Positions 1 to 10,030 of a stretch of DNA of 32,880 nucleotides are shown here, in pieces. The notes beneath the pieces were generated by a model that ran no database searches, was not told where the DNA came from, and saw only the letters and a list, made by a program, of their open reading frames with translations. The stretch is from Catajapyx aquilonaris. Its lineage: Eukaryota. The stretch spans positions 1-32,880 of the forward strand of contig JYFJ02004337.1 in NCBI GenBank assembly GCA_000934665.2. The letters run 5' to 3'. The position numbers and the translations under genes are program-made. Every line of letters begins with the position of its first letter. The stretch's first letter is position 1.

Positions 1-256
1 GCCTCCTTGCAGAGCGGAAACCGTCACCCACAATATATTGCTAGTGGCAGGTGAGATCAGCGCAACGACAGCACCCCCACCGGCGCGGCGGCGCACCCAC
101 GTCCATCGCCAACGGCATCATGTCCAGCAACTCCTTGCCGTGCACCTGCAGTCCATCGCAGGCACCTCACGGCCCACGGGCGCCCCTGCACCCTCCTGGA
201 GTCCTGACTGAGGGGGTACTCACTCGACTGTAAAGTGTACACCGGAATACCAAATT

Positions 257-301
257 CAAGGAGTACCAAGGAGTACCAAGGAGTACCTGGGAGTACCAAG
301 G
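257..301. repeat. 10-bp tandem repeat (GAGTACCAAG)x4
   Basis: Units at 261, 271, 281 (variant GAGTACCTGG) and 291, read directly. Confidence 0.9.
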
Positions 302-469
302 ATTAGACCTATACCCGGGAGCATCACTGAACGCCTTATTTCAGCCACGTATATGCAACATGCAATGTACAAGTCCACAATCCAACAAAGGGTGATATCA
401 TGGATTGTTTACTCCAGCAACCAGGTGAGTAGGCTATAAGCCTACTCTCTTCCCGAGCCCCTGCACACT

Positions 470-604
470 AATGTGATAGCCTGTGATAGAGTGTGCCTGT
501 CCCCTCTGACAAAAAGGCTACAAGGAATCAATTCACCTGCTAATCTGACTTCCCTGTCGAAGCACAGAATCTTATGAGTCATTGTGCGAAGAGTAACAGA
601 CAAT
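470..604 (+). repeat. Dispersed repeat copy A (135 bp), same family as the 1123-1342 fold-back
   Basis: About 9 mismatches over 135 bp against the composite of 1123-1232 (inverted) and 1232-1342 (direct), by manual alignment. Confidence 0.9.
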
Positions 605-1040
605 CCTCCTCAAAATCGCACTCGTAAAAAACGCGCCAAGTCGTCCACCGAAAAAACCTATGAGATAGTGTCTGGGCGCCACGCCTTGTCCACTCCGCCG
701 TACAAAGTCGTGAGATCGTGGTGGACGCCAAGCCTTTCTTCGAGGCTATAAGCTAAGTGAGATGACTTGGCCGGACTTGGTTCACGGGCACGAGGAACAA
801 TACGCGTTCAGTTCTCTGGAATTTGGTCAAGTTACTGTTCTCCCTATTTTATAGCTGTACGACTTTCAAGTCTAATTAACCGCGATTGTAATCATGTGCG
901 GTTCGAAGGCGACATTTTGTAGTTCCTGTGATACGAATCAGAGGTCCAAGTATATTTTTTTGAGTGTATATATACTGTAATATATTATGTAACCTGTTGT
1001 GGGGGGAATGTCCCCCGACAAGCCAGAAAGGCTATGATGA

Positions 1041-1041
<1 letters not shown>

Positions 1042-1123
<82 letters not shown>
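1042..1123. repeat. (TA)41 microsatellite
   Basis: Pure TA run, flanked by ATGAG and CTCAT so that 1037-1128 is a perfect palindrome. Confidence 0.97.
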
Positions 1124-1124
<1 letters not shown>

Positions 1125-1317
1125 TCATAAGATTCTGTGCGTCGACAGGGAAGTCAGATTAGAGGGTGAATTGATTCCTTGTAGCTTTCTTGTCAGAGAG
1201 AACAGGCACACTCTATCACAGGCTATCGCATTGCCTGTTCTCTCTGACAAGAAAGCTACAAGGAATCAATTCACCCTCTAATCTGACTTCCCTGTCGACG
1301 CACAGAATCTTATGAGT
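1123..1317. repeat. Perfect inverted repeat with 86-bp arms and a 23-nt loop
   Basis: Arm 1123-1208 (ACTCATAAG...GAACAGGCA) is the exact reverse complement of 1232-1317 (TGCCTGTTC...CTTATGAGT). Confidence 0.95.
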
Positions 1318-1531
1318 CATTGTGCGAAGAGTAATAGACAATTGTCTATTATTTAGTTGCGGTATTGGAAATATTTGACGTATACAGCACTTTGGGCATA
1401 TGTTTTACACAATTTCTTATTGAAGTCTCAGGGCAGAAATGCTTAACATTACTGCCCATTGTGAGAGTTCTGTAAGAAATACTCCCATTAGAAAATCTCA
1501 CTACCCTCTCGAACAAGAATGCGGCGCTGCG

Positions 1532-1563
1532 TCATTGAAAAATCATTGAAAAATCATTGAAAG
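1532..1563. repeat. 11-bp tandem repeat (TCATTGAAAAA)x3
   Basis: Read directly. Confidence 0.85.
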
Positions 1564-1911
1564 GGTTTCCTTGTGAAACCTTTTCATTCAATTGTGTAGA
1601 ATTTTTAAGGTTCCTTTATCATAATCGTTTCCAAAAATGGACACGTTTCAACGTCGTCACCATAGACCTTCACATTCACTACAGAAGTGAATGACGGTGC
1701 CAAATAAAAATTTGCAATTTATGTCACCGTATTGTAATGCTCCATTCTTTTTCGCCCTTCTGCGTCATGTGACTTCTGTCCCTTTAGCTCGGACTTGAGT
1801 TGCGACGCACAGAGGCATGGGGCCCTGGCAAAACCTTCAGGAGGAATCGATGCACTGGCCACACACTCTATAGTCTGTTGCAGAGGAGTTGGACGCGTAC
1901 TCTCTGCCTGT

Positions 1912-2021
1912 TCTGCCGTCAGATGCAAGAAGACCTCCAAGGGGGGATTAGTACAGTGCATGCAAGCGACTTTCACCCTTATTAGTTTTTGAGTTACGGT
2001 CGTCTTGCATCTGACGGCAGA
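1912..2021. repeat. 24-bp inverted repeat (23/24 match) with 62-bp spacer; small MITE-like or hairpin element upstream of the F-box gene
   Basis: TCTGCCGTCAGATGCAAGAAGACC (1912-1935) against GGTCGTCTTGCATCTGACGGCAGA (1998-2021). Confidence 0.8.
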
Positions 2022-2277
2022 GTTGCGACTTGTAATGTCCAGTTACGACTAGATCAGGAGCTTATGTTGGATCAATCACCACTGCTGAAGAAAAGAGCAA
2101 GGAGGTAAGAATGGGGTGCGTATGCACTGGGTAGAGAGAAATGTAATAGTTGCAACACACAAACTTGTTGCTATTGTAGCTTTTGTTGCAGTGCAGTGTA
2201 GAGAAAATAATAATAGATTGATGAGAAATAAACTTTTCTTTCAGGAACGATATTACTTGAAGCACTTGCCAGGGAAG

Positions 2278-3507
2278 ATGGCAGGCAGACCTCAGGCAAA
2301 AGAAGTTGCTCCCTTCCAGTCCAATCTGGTTCATGATGTCAAGGTTAAAATATTTTCCTATCTGACCACGGAGGAGAAGCTGATGACCGCATCGCTGGTC
2401 TGCAAGGACTGGGCAGATGTCATACAGAACGACTCCAGGTTGTGGAAGACCATGGAGGTGACTAGACACATCCCCATCCAAGCGTGCGTTGCTCAGCTGG
2501 AGAAGTCACCGTCGTTGAAAAAGCTGAAGGTGACGGGGATATACGACGATTGCGAAGACATTTTGACGGCCGTGGCCACACACTGTCCGAACCTGGAGGA
2601 GTTGATCATGATAGATTGTCTAATAACAGGAGACCCGATGGAGGCGGTGGCAATCTCTTGCACAAAGCTCGTGTCATGCGAATTTCGGGATGTTGATGTC
2701 TCTCCATGCGAAAAGCATTTGATCTCTATTTTTTCATGCTGCCCTCAGTTGCAGAAGCTAACAATGAATGAAATTTCTTATGGATCATTACGTATGTATC
2801 CGAGTGTGAGTTGTGCGACTTGGAATTACCCAAATCTGAGGGAGATGATCATTGGTTTCCTTCCAACCGAGTGGCAAATGTTGGTGCTGAAAAGAATTGG
2901 ACCTCAGTTAGAGAGGCTGCACATAGGCTACGTGAATGTCGATGCTTGGATTCTGCTGGCCAAGTGCCAGGGACTGAAAATGCTTGAAATTGAGAACTCA
3001 AGTGACTTGACAGACTCACTCCTGATGAACGGAATTGGGCAACTCTCCAACCTCCGCTACCTCAGCATCCCAGAGGCCGAGCTGGTAAGTCCTGATGTCA
3101 TGAAAGACTTTCTTTCCACAAAAGCAGTCGCTGGACAACTGGAGGAACTGGATTTGACTGGTGTCTATCTAAACGAGGATTGTCTGGAGGTCATAGCGAG
3201 ACACTGCACTCGTCTCTTGACTCTTCAGATCACTTACAATGGCGGAATCAAGATGAGTGTCCTGGAAAATTTCATAGATTCTATGGCAAGTAATACCCTT
3301 CAGACATTGCATGTCTCTTACATGTATGACCAACTGACGCAGGAATTTATTGGCTCGTGTTCGAGGGAGAAAGAACTTCAAGTGACGTTCATCCAGCAGG
3401 CACCTATTTTCGTACGAGTATTGCAAGATGACAGCAGCTGTTATGGGTCCGATTCTTCCTCTGCTGTCGGCTGGTATTTTGACTCAAGTGGAAGTGACTC
3501 AAATTGA
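2278..3507 (+). CDS. F-box/leucine-rich repeat protein (FBXL-like SCF substrate receptor)
   Basis: Long ORF with an F-box motif (LVHDVKVKIFSYLTTEEKLMTASLVCKDWADVIQNDSRLWKTM) followed by RNI/AMN1-type LRRs (HCPNLEELIM, CCPQLQKLTM, KCQGLKMLEI, QLEELDLTG, HCTRLLTLQI). Likely intron 2105-2244 (GAG|GTAAGA ... TTTTCTTTCAG|). First ATG after the acceptor is 2278; an in-frame upstream exon (about 2043-2104) could extend the N-terminus. Confidence 0.88.
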   Translation: MAGRPQAKEVAPFQSNLVHDVKVKIFSYLTTEEKLMTASLVCKDWADVIQNDSRLWKTMEVTRHIPIQACVAQLEKSPSLKKLKVTGIYDDCEDILTAVATHCPNLEELIMIDCLITGDPMEAVAISCTKLVSCEFRDVDVSPCEKHLISIFSCCPQLQKLTMNEISYGSLRMYPSVSCATWNYPNLREMIIGFLPTEWQMLVLKRIGPQLERLHIGYVNVDAWILLAKCQGLKMLEIENSSDLTDSLLMNGIGQLSNLRYLSIPEAELVSPDVMKDFLSTKAVAGQLEELDLTGVYLNEDCLEVIARHCTRLLTLQITYNGGIKMSVLENFIDSMASNTLQTLHVSYMYDQLTQEFIGSCSREKELQVTFIQQAPIFVRVLQDDSSCYGSDSSSAVGWYFDSSGSDSN

Positions 3508-5607
3508 AGGTTTTCTATAGTGTCCACCACACGATAAACCATTAAGATTATTATTATTTCTGGTGCTTTCTTTGGATGGTTTGCTTACGGACACACACTT
3601 ATGCTGTCGAGTTCCTGTCAGAACTGAGAACAAACCCTTTTTTGACGACCTGCATTAAAGGAGAGCTGATGGCCCATACAGTACTACGCATAGGCTACGT
3701 CCATTTATATGATATGTAACAAGAGCCATCAGTAAGGACCAGTGCCTCAAATGGCCCATCGGGATGTGTTCGCCTTGGTCACGGTCTTCATAGACGACGA
3801 TTTGGACAAGCATGTCGGATCAGAGCTGCACCTAGCCATCGTGGGTCGCAGATGCGGGCACTCCATGGGAGAGAAGATGGTCATAGGCTTATCTGGCACA
3901 AATGGCGTTGACATTGTAACGAGAGCCAGCAATGGCTCCAGTATTGTTTTCAATGGAGAGGACGTCGCATCAGGCCATCCCTGAGGTCCAATACCGGGAG
4001 CAATAGGAGAGGAATTTTTCAATAGTGGCAATCTGATAATTAATAACCGCCAATGTCTGGAGGGGAGGGAAGGAGTACTCAAGAACAACCTATAGTGTTG
4101 TCTGAAAGTGGTAATGATCAGAATAATTTCAATCCTAATTATAGGCTTGGGTGCTATTTAGCCTATTTATCACTAAAATCATCCTACTAATTTTGTCTGG
4201 AGAGTTAACACGGAGGCGCAATACATTGCGTGTTAGAGTTAAGTTAATGTCGGTTCATGACAGTAGTGATGAGCCATAATTGCAGATTTTTAGATTGCGT
4301 CCTTTGGACGGCGGCGCTCGTCAGCCGATGCTTTTCACACTCCTGTAATCCCGTGACTTTGGATTACGCGAGGGTCAAGAACAATATTATATTTCAGAGT
4401 TTCAGACCTGATTCAAAATTTTACTCGAAATGGGGCATTCGGCCAGGCTGGTGAGCTAAAACCGGGTGGGTCTTTCTTTAATTGCTTTGTAACCAGGGGT
4501 GGGTCGATGACCTGATGTGTCATGTTGGCCATCAGCCAGTCGTTTAAAGTCCTTCAGTGGATTGTAGACCAAGGAGAAGGTCACAAGAAATCTCCAAATA
4601 CATATTTTTTGCTAGTGAGGGGTCACGAAAGTTGAATTTCCCACCACACTTCCCAAGGTTATCCTTGTTTAATCCTATACATACCAGTATGATTTACTAA
4701 TAGTCATGATTTTATGTGTTTGTTGTCTTGAACGGTTTATGAATTTCTCTTTGGTTTTCTTTGTTCAATTTTAGATGGCCAAAATCGATGCTTATCTTAT
4801 CCCCAAAACCTTACCCCCTACAGATTGTTATGCCCTTCTCTCAATGTACGGTACATATTGGCTTCCTTTCAGACAAGCCCTCTTGTTGACCTTAGCTTCT
4901 GATTAGGTAGATACAGTACAGAACACGTCTGGTATGTGTCCCTTGGTCCTTCCTGGGGTCAGATTTTGTTGGCATGCATTATTTTCTCTCCCTGAGCGTA
5001 GGAAAGCCCCAGAAATTCCACCCATTCCCTGCCACACACTATGTAACCAGAGTACTTCTGTACAATTTATTTTGTCTATCATTTTTGCTTTCTGTGGTTG
5101 TTATTTTAAGTTCAGAAATCTTGCACCCAATAATATATTTGGTTCATTTTCCTGTACTCCTTGGTTTTGGTTACTTTTCGTCCTCGCCCCACACAACTTT
5201 TCAGGTCTTTCCCTGTGAATCCATGGCTTGAAAAGGGTTCACATGGAGCATGATGCATGGAGCAGCAATAACCGATTAGTTTCACATTATTTTAAGTTTT
5301 GGCTGGCTAGAAGGTTGCATGGCAACAATATTTTTTACGTGTAAGTACAAGTATGCGTCTACAGTAAAGAAGGGCATGGAAATGGTTCCCATCGTCATCC
5401 ACTGACAAATTTATTGTCAAACATTTACTCCTCCCCCACTTCCCAATTATCATTATCAAAGATTGTAGGGCTACATTGAGATGTGCATAGCTGGTTTGCG
5501 TCAGAAGTAGAGAGTTGACCAAATATTCTCCCCTTGTGAAGTGAGTAAAATAACATTCCACCAATAAACATACACTACATAATTATGCTCCTTCTATATA
5601 CTCATTT

Positions 5608-5857
5608 GAAGCGCACAGGGGAAAAACGAGGAATGTCCATTTCCGTTGGGGTTCCTGCCAAGTGCACTGACAGTACAATAGTAGCATAGGTGACACTTAT
5701 ACCTGGAGGCTTTCCATGGGTACAAGAGGGACAGTTGCATATAATGACGTGAAGATATCACTATTATTCTTTATACACGTGAAGAAATAAAGCTATTTTT
5801 TCGATTTTTCATGGACATTTTTTGTGTGACATTCCCCGTTTTTCCCCTGTGCTCTTC
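5608..5857. mobile_element. MITE, 250 bp, 30-bp TIRs, 4-bp TSD ATTT (possibly Sola-type)
   Basis: GAAGCGCACAGGGGAAAAACGAGGAATGTC (5608-5637) against the reverse complement of 5828-5857, 2 mismatches; ATTT on both flanks (5604-5607, 5858-5861). Confidence 0.8.
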
Positions 5858-6534
5858 ATTTCCATTTGCGAAAGAAGATCATACATCCTTTTTTCCTGCT
5901 TTTTTCTTATCGGGGAAGAAATGTGCAGTTCTACGCTTACAGTTGCTAAAAAGTCATCAGATTCAGCAGATTGTGCCACTGTCGTCATCCATGTCCCTTG
6001 GTTTGGCAATATTATATTTGATAACTGCAGTGGTCCTGGACTAGGTTAGATCAGTCGGATATGGCGCAAGTGTATTCTCAATCTGCAAGTGATGTAGGAG
6101 TTTTAAAAACCATTACAAAGGTCTCCGCTTTTGTAATATTAGACCCAATACTTCAATTTTGCAACTTCTTGTTTTAATAGTGTTTGTGAATCATACTTTT
6201 TCCCACATCAAAACCTCAGTGGCATCAGCTAATCCTAATATTCAAAATCGAACCATCGTCTAAAAATATGTGTTCTCAATGGGAATCAATTTATTCTCAG
6301 AATCAGTTGTCTTTCTCGTGATCAGGTTGGGTATTTCATAAAGTGGGGTGGGAGTCAGATCATGTGGTGAGCGGGATATTATGTGATTGTCAGAGAATCA
6401 ACAATATTACAAAGATACGTGGATTAATTAGAACATTACAAGTGTGTCCTCGGAGCAGTTGCTGCGATATCATGAATTGAGTTCTTTATTCAGCCTTAAA
6501 AGTGATACAAAAAACAATTCCATTATTATCCCTC

Positions 6535-8037
6535 TTATTGACCTTCGTATTCGAAGACGAGCGGGCGATAAAAAAAGTCCTCAATATAAAGGTTCATGCT
6601 GTACTTGTGGAGTTCTTTTTCCAGTGCTAAACGTGCCGAATCTGACATATGTAAACAGTCACTCCTTATTGTCAGCTTGCACAAATTTCTTGCTCCAAGT
6701 GACTCGAAAAAAACCAATGCATCGGTGATTTTATTTGATTTTAAGGTCAGTGTGTGCACCTCCTGCAATGAAGGGGTCTGAAGAAGATCTAAGAAATCAC
6801 TTTTATCGCAGGTGTCATCGAACATATGCAGCGTGTTCAGCTCATGGCACGAATGCATTATGTAGCGCATGTGGCTCATTGGCAACGAGGAGGCCTCGAG
6901 ACATGTCAATTTCTTAAATAAGCCGCCTGACAAATCGGTCGGGAGTCCACTGTACATATTACCATCTAAATCCATCACTTTCAGGTTGGAAAAAATCTCA
7001 CCAATGGCAGCCAAGTCAACTAGACTAGAATGGTGTATCTTGAGAGAGGTAACAAGAGGGAGATTCAGTCTCATGTCTCGTTTAAATAGGCAGTCAAGGT
7101 CGGTTACTTCTTCGAAACCCAATGTGGTCAGCCGAGAAAAACAGCCATCGATCAGGCAAATCAATCTTGTGGCAGACATATGTGAAACCTGCAAATTCTC
7201 AAGTTTAACTAGCTCCTTTACTGGCTCCAGGTCCACGTCCTGATTTCTGTAGGGCAGCTGCAGCGAGAGGTGCTGAAGTTCTGGGAAGTGGTGGGCCAAC
7301 TTTTTCAGCATCATCGAGTCTCTTGGAATAAAATGGCTGATAAAGTCTTTTAGAGGATATACGTCTGTGCATAATTCCAGCACTCGAGGAATTTCATAGA
7401 TGCATACTGATTCGAGTTTTGGAAGATTTTTAAGCAGATTCATAACAACAGTTTTAGGCAGCCAAAACTCGTCTGGCCTAAGTTCTAGTTTCTTCAGATT
7501 ATTGCATTGGAAGGGAAGGGACATCAGTTGCTTGTTTGACATGCACCACAAACTAATTTCCTCCAAGCGTGGGCAGTTTTGGAAAATGGCACTCACAGTG
7601 GCTGGATGTAAACGAGACGAAGCATGGAAGCAACGGAGATTGGGCATATTTGCGTAAATTTTTTTTGAGCCACTTAATAAGTAAGGAAGACCAGGCTTCA
7701 GCACTGTCAGATTCCTCAGCGATTCCAGATTGTCCAGAATTTCGTCTAATACATGTGGTGACAGGGTAAATATTGCATCTTCTAAGTCTATCTCCTTGCA
7801 GCTCAGGTGAAATGCACCACGTAGTTTAACCTTATCACAATGTCTGAAATCTCTCGAGGCTATCATCAAGAGATCATGGACGTATTCAATGGCAAACAGA
7901 GGTGGAATTTCATGCACTTTCTTCCTGATGTGCTTGACATCTTTGCCATCACTTTGTTGGCATAGCGTCAAAATTGTGCTGATCAGACAATGCATGCTTA
8001 ATTTCTGCAAACTTTTGGGCTGCTTCCTTCTCGGCAT
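6535..8037 (-). CDS. BC-box (VHL-box-like) leucine-rich repeat protein, 500 aa; putative Elongin BC-Cullin substrate receptor (ZYG-11/PRAME/LRRC14-like architecture)
   Basis: Single long ORF. Acceptor TTTCTCATTCAG lies just before ATG 8037. N-terminus MPRRKQPKSLQKLSMHCLISTI resembles the BC-box consensus, with a later IPPLF resembling a Cul2-box. Degenerate LRRs follow (NCPRLEEISL, QCNNLKKLEL, NLPKLESVCI, HFPELQHLSL, IFSNLKVMDL, SCHELNTLHM). Coding status is confident; the family label is inference. Confidence 0.8.
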   Translation of the reverse strand: MPRRKQPKSLQKLSMHCLISTILTLCQQSDGKDVKHIRKKVHEIPPLFAIEYVHDLLMIASRDFRHCDKVKLRGAFHLSCKEIDLEDAIFTLSPHVLDEILDNLESLRNLTVLKPGLPYLLSGSKKIYANMPNLRCFHASSRLHPATVSAIFQNCPRLEEISLWCMSNKQLMSLPFQCNNLKKLELRPDEFWLPKTVVMNLLKNLPKLESVCIYEIPRVLELCTDVYPLKDFISHFIPRDSMMLKKLAHHFPELQHLSLQLPYRNQDVDLEPVKELVKLENLQVSHMSATRLICLIDGCFSRLTTLGFEEVTDLDCLFKRDMRLNLPLVTSLKIHHSSLVDLAAIGEIFSNLKVMDLDGNMYSGLPTDLSGGLFKKLTCLEASSLPMSHMRYIMHSCHELNTLHMFDDTCDKSDFLDLLQTPSLQEVHTLTLKSNKITDALVFFESLGARNLCKLTIRSDCLHMSDSARLALEKELHKYSMNLYIEDFFYRPLVFEYEGQ

Positions 8038-8572
8038 GATCTGAATGAGAAACCAAAGATATTTATGTACAGTATAATATACACACAATTACTTCATATT
8101 CCAAAATCAACTATGGCGTGTGAGGCCTACTATAGTTTGCATGCTGTCTCTTACTAAGCCGTTACTTGTGATAGGGATAGCAAAATGCTTGGCAAAATGT
8201 AACCTCTAACACAAGGAAACCTGATCATTAGTTTAATCGTTCCATTTAGCAAAAGTCTATAATGGTAATGCTACCCACATGTGGAGATTGTTGGTGGAGA
8301 TTGATAGAGAATATGATTCCGAGTGGTCCCAATAATAATAATAATAATAAATAGACAACATAATTGTATAATACTGTAGTATTCAAATCATTTGAGATTA
8401 AGAGGAATATATCCTCTCTTATACGCGTGGCACTGATTGTTCCTTCAAAGTTAAAATTATTTACGTATGGGCCAATGATAATAATCATGCAGGCATTATA
8501 AGCAATCCATTAAATTCACACTTACATTCATGCAACCATTCAAAGATATTATTTTGCGTACATTCTTGTTAC

Positions 8573-8670
8573 CTCGGCGAATATCTCAAAAAGATTTCTG
8601 GTTGGGATAGGCCGTTATTATACACTATTGAGTTCGTACTCAATTTTGATACCCAGAGAAAATATCTCGT
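8573..8670 (-). other. Putative non-coding 5' UTR exon of the minus-strand LRR gene
   Basis: On the minus strand: acceptor ATCCTACAG| at 8671, donor GAG|GTAACA at 8572, and a further strong donor ACG|GTAAGT at 8764 for an upstream first exon. Confidence 0.4.
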
Positions 8671-9988
8671 CTGTAGGATTGAATTTGCAATGATTCACGC
8701 TAAGTTTGAGAAACTTCTCTCCAACTCTCCAACTTTAACCACAATATACATAAACTGTACTTACCGTCGCAGTAGTACTCTAGTGACTTGAAGGGCAGAA
8801 GGGGAAGTGTTTGTCACAGGGCAGCAGTACTATAGTCAATTTCGCTTCCCTGTGAATGCAAAACATTCGGCGCCCTATTGTTCATTGTTAGATCTTACAA
8901 TGCTCAATGTTCTGCTCTGAAATCTTATTATAAGGGTAAGACGTAGGACACACTCCACGTGTCTCAATATTCATAATAAGTGCTGTGAGATATCTGACCA
9001 AAATTGCGGTATCTTTATTCGTGTGAAGGAATTTTTCAATCAGCCCACATAATTATGCTGTTTTACAGGCGCGATATTGTTCTCCGGTGATTATATGTGC
9101 GGCTGAAATTAAGGTATTGTGAGACTATAGACGTGACAATGCATAATGGCTCACAGGTATGGCGCTAAAAACGTTTAAATGTATGTTATCCGCAGCTTTA
9201 TTGAGCCTCATAGCGAGTGTTACATTTCGGTAAAGGGCATCGTGCCAGCATCATGCTGAAGAACATCTCCGAGCCACGAAAGTATACGCACTTTTAACCA
9301 CACGTTCTAAATATGAAATGGTTAGATCCATGCTGCATCAGTCGCAAAAGATGGCTCCGAATGGAATTAAATTTTTGGCAAAATGTGATGAGCCCTATAT
9401 CTAATAGTATACCGTATACAGTACATGTAAATTTTTGCATGGTACATGCAGTCCAATATTGGAAAAGGAAATTTCATGAGCGTTTTTTTTTTTTTCAATT
9501 CTGAATAATTTTATATCGGAATCAAAAATTGGTCATAAAATAAAACCTCCAGGAAAATGCGTATGATCCTCTCGTAAGAGGGCTTAAGTCAGGTTTAACC
9601 AAAATAATAAAACTTCCCACACACATGATGCCTATAGTTTGTCTTCTAGAAAATGTATGTTATTTTTTCGTTTGCGACATATTGACATTTTTTCCGGACT
9701 TTCATGTTAATTTATTTATTCTTATTTTTTTTTGCGATGCACAGATAATCAGGAGTACAGTGAATCTAGAGTGGAAAAAGTGGGTGGTAAAGGGCCTGAA
9801 GGCTATGGCTAATTGGTTGGTGCGAAAAATGGTGTAAGATGGTTTTAAAATATGTTTTTTTAAATATATAAATATTTTTTACAATGGCACTGATTTGGAG
9901 AGTAGGGATCAGATTATCTCCTACTTGTTGAGGATGTGCGTACTGGTCGCTTGCGGCAATACTGACGAACCAGACGACATTAGTAAAA

Positions 9989-10022
9989 ACACACGCACGC
10001 ACGCACACACACACACACACAC
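9989..10022. repeat. (CA)n/(CACG)n microsatellite
   Basis: Read directly. Confidence 0.9.
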
Positions 10023-10030
10023 CCACTCTT

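Noticed and set aside
51..233. GC-rich 60-codon frame after CAG|, possibly the last exon of an upstream gene
   Set aside because: Weak polypyrimidine tract, no recognisable domain, and the rest of any gene lies outside the window.
964..1281. 105-aa ORF with a YIYIYI run
   Set aside because: Artefact of the (TA)n microsatellite and the repeat.
1295..1345. Hammerhead ribozyme-like CTTATGAG...CGAAG in the repeat unit
   Set aside because: The core deviates from CUGANGA and GAAA, and stems II and III cannot be formed convincingly.
2116..2277. N-terminal 54 aa of the 463-aa ORF
   Set aside because: Starts at GTG inside a probable intron (2105-2244).
4780..5570. Possible decayed retroelement coding sequence on the minus strand
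   Set aside because: No RT, protease or integrase motif could be identified.
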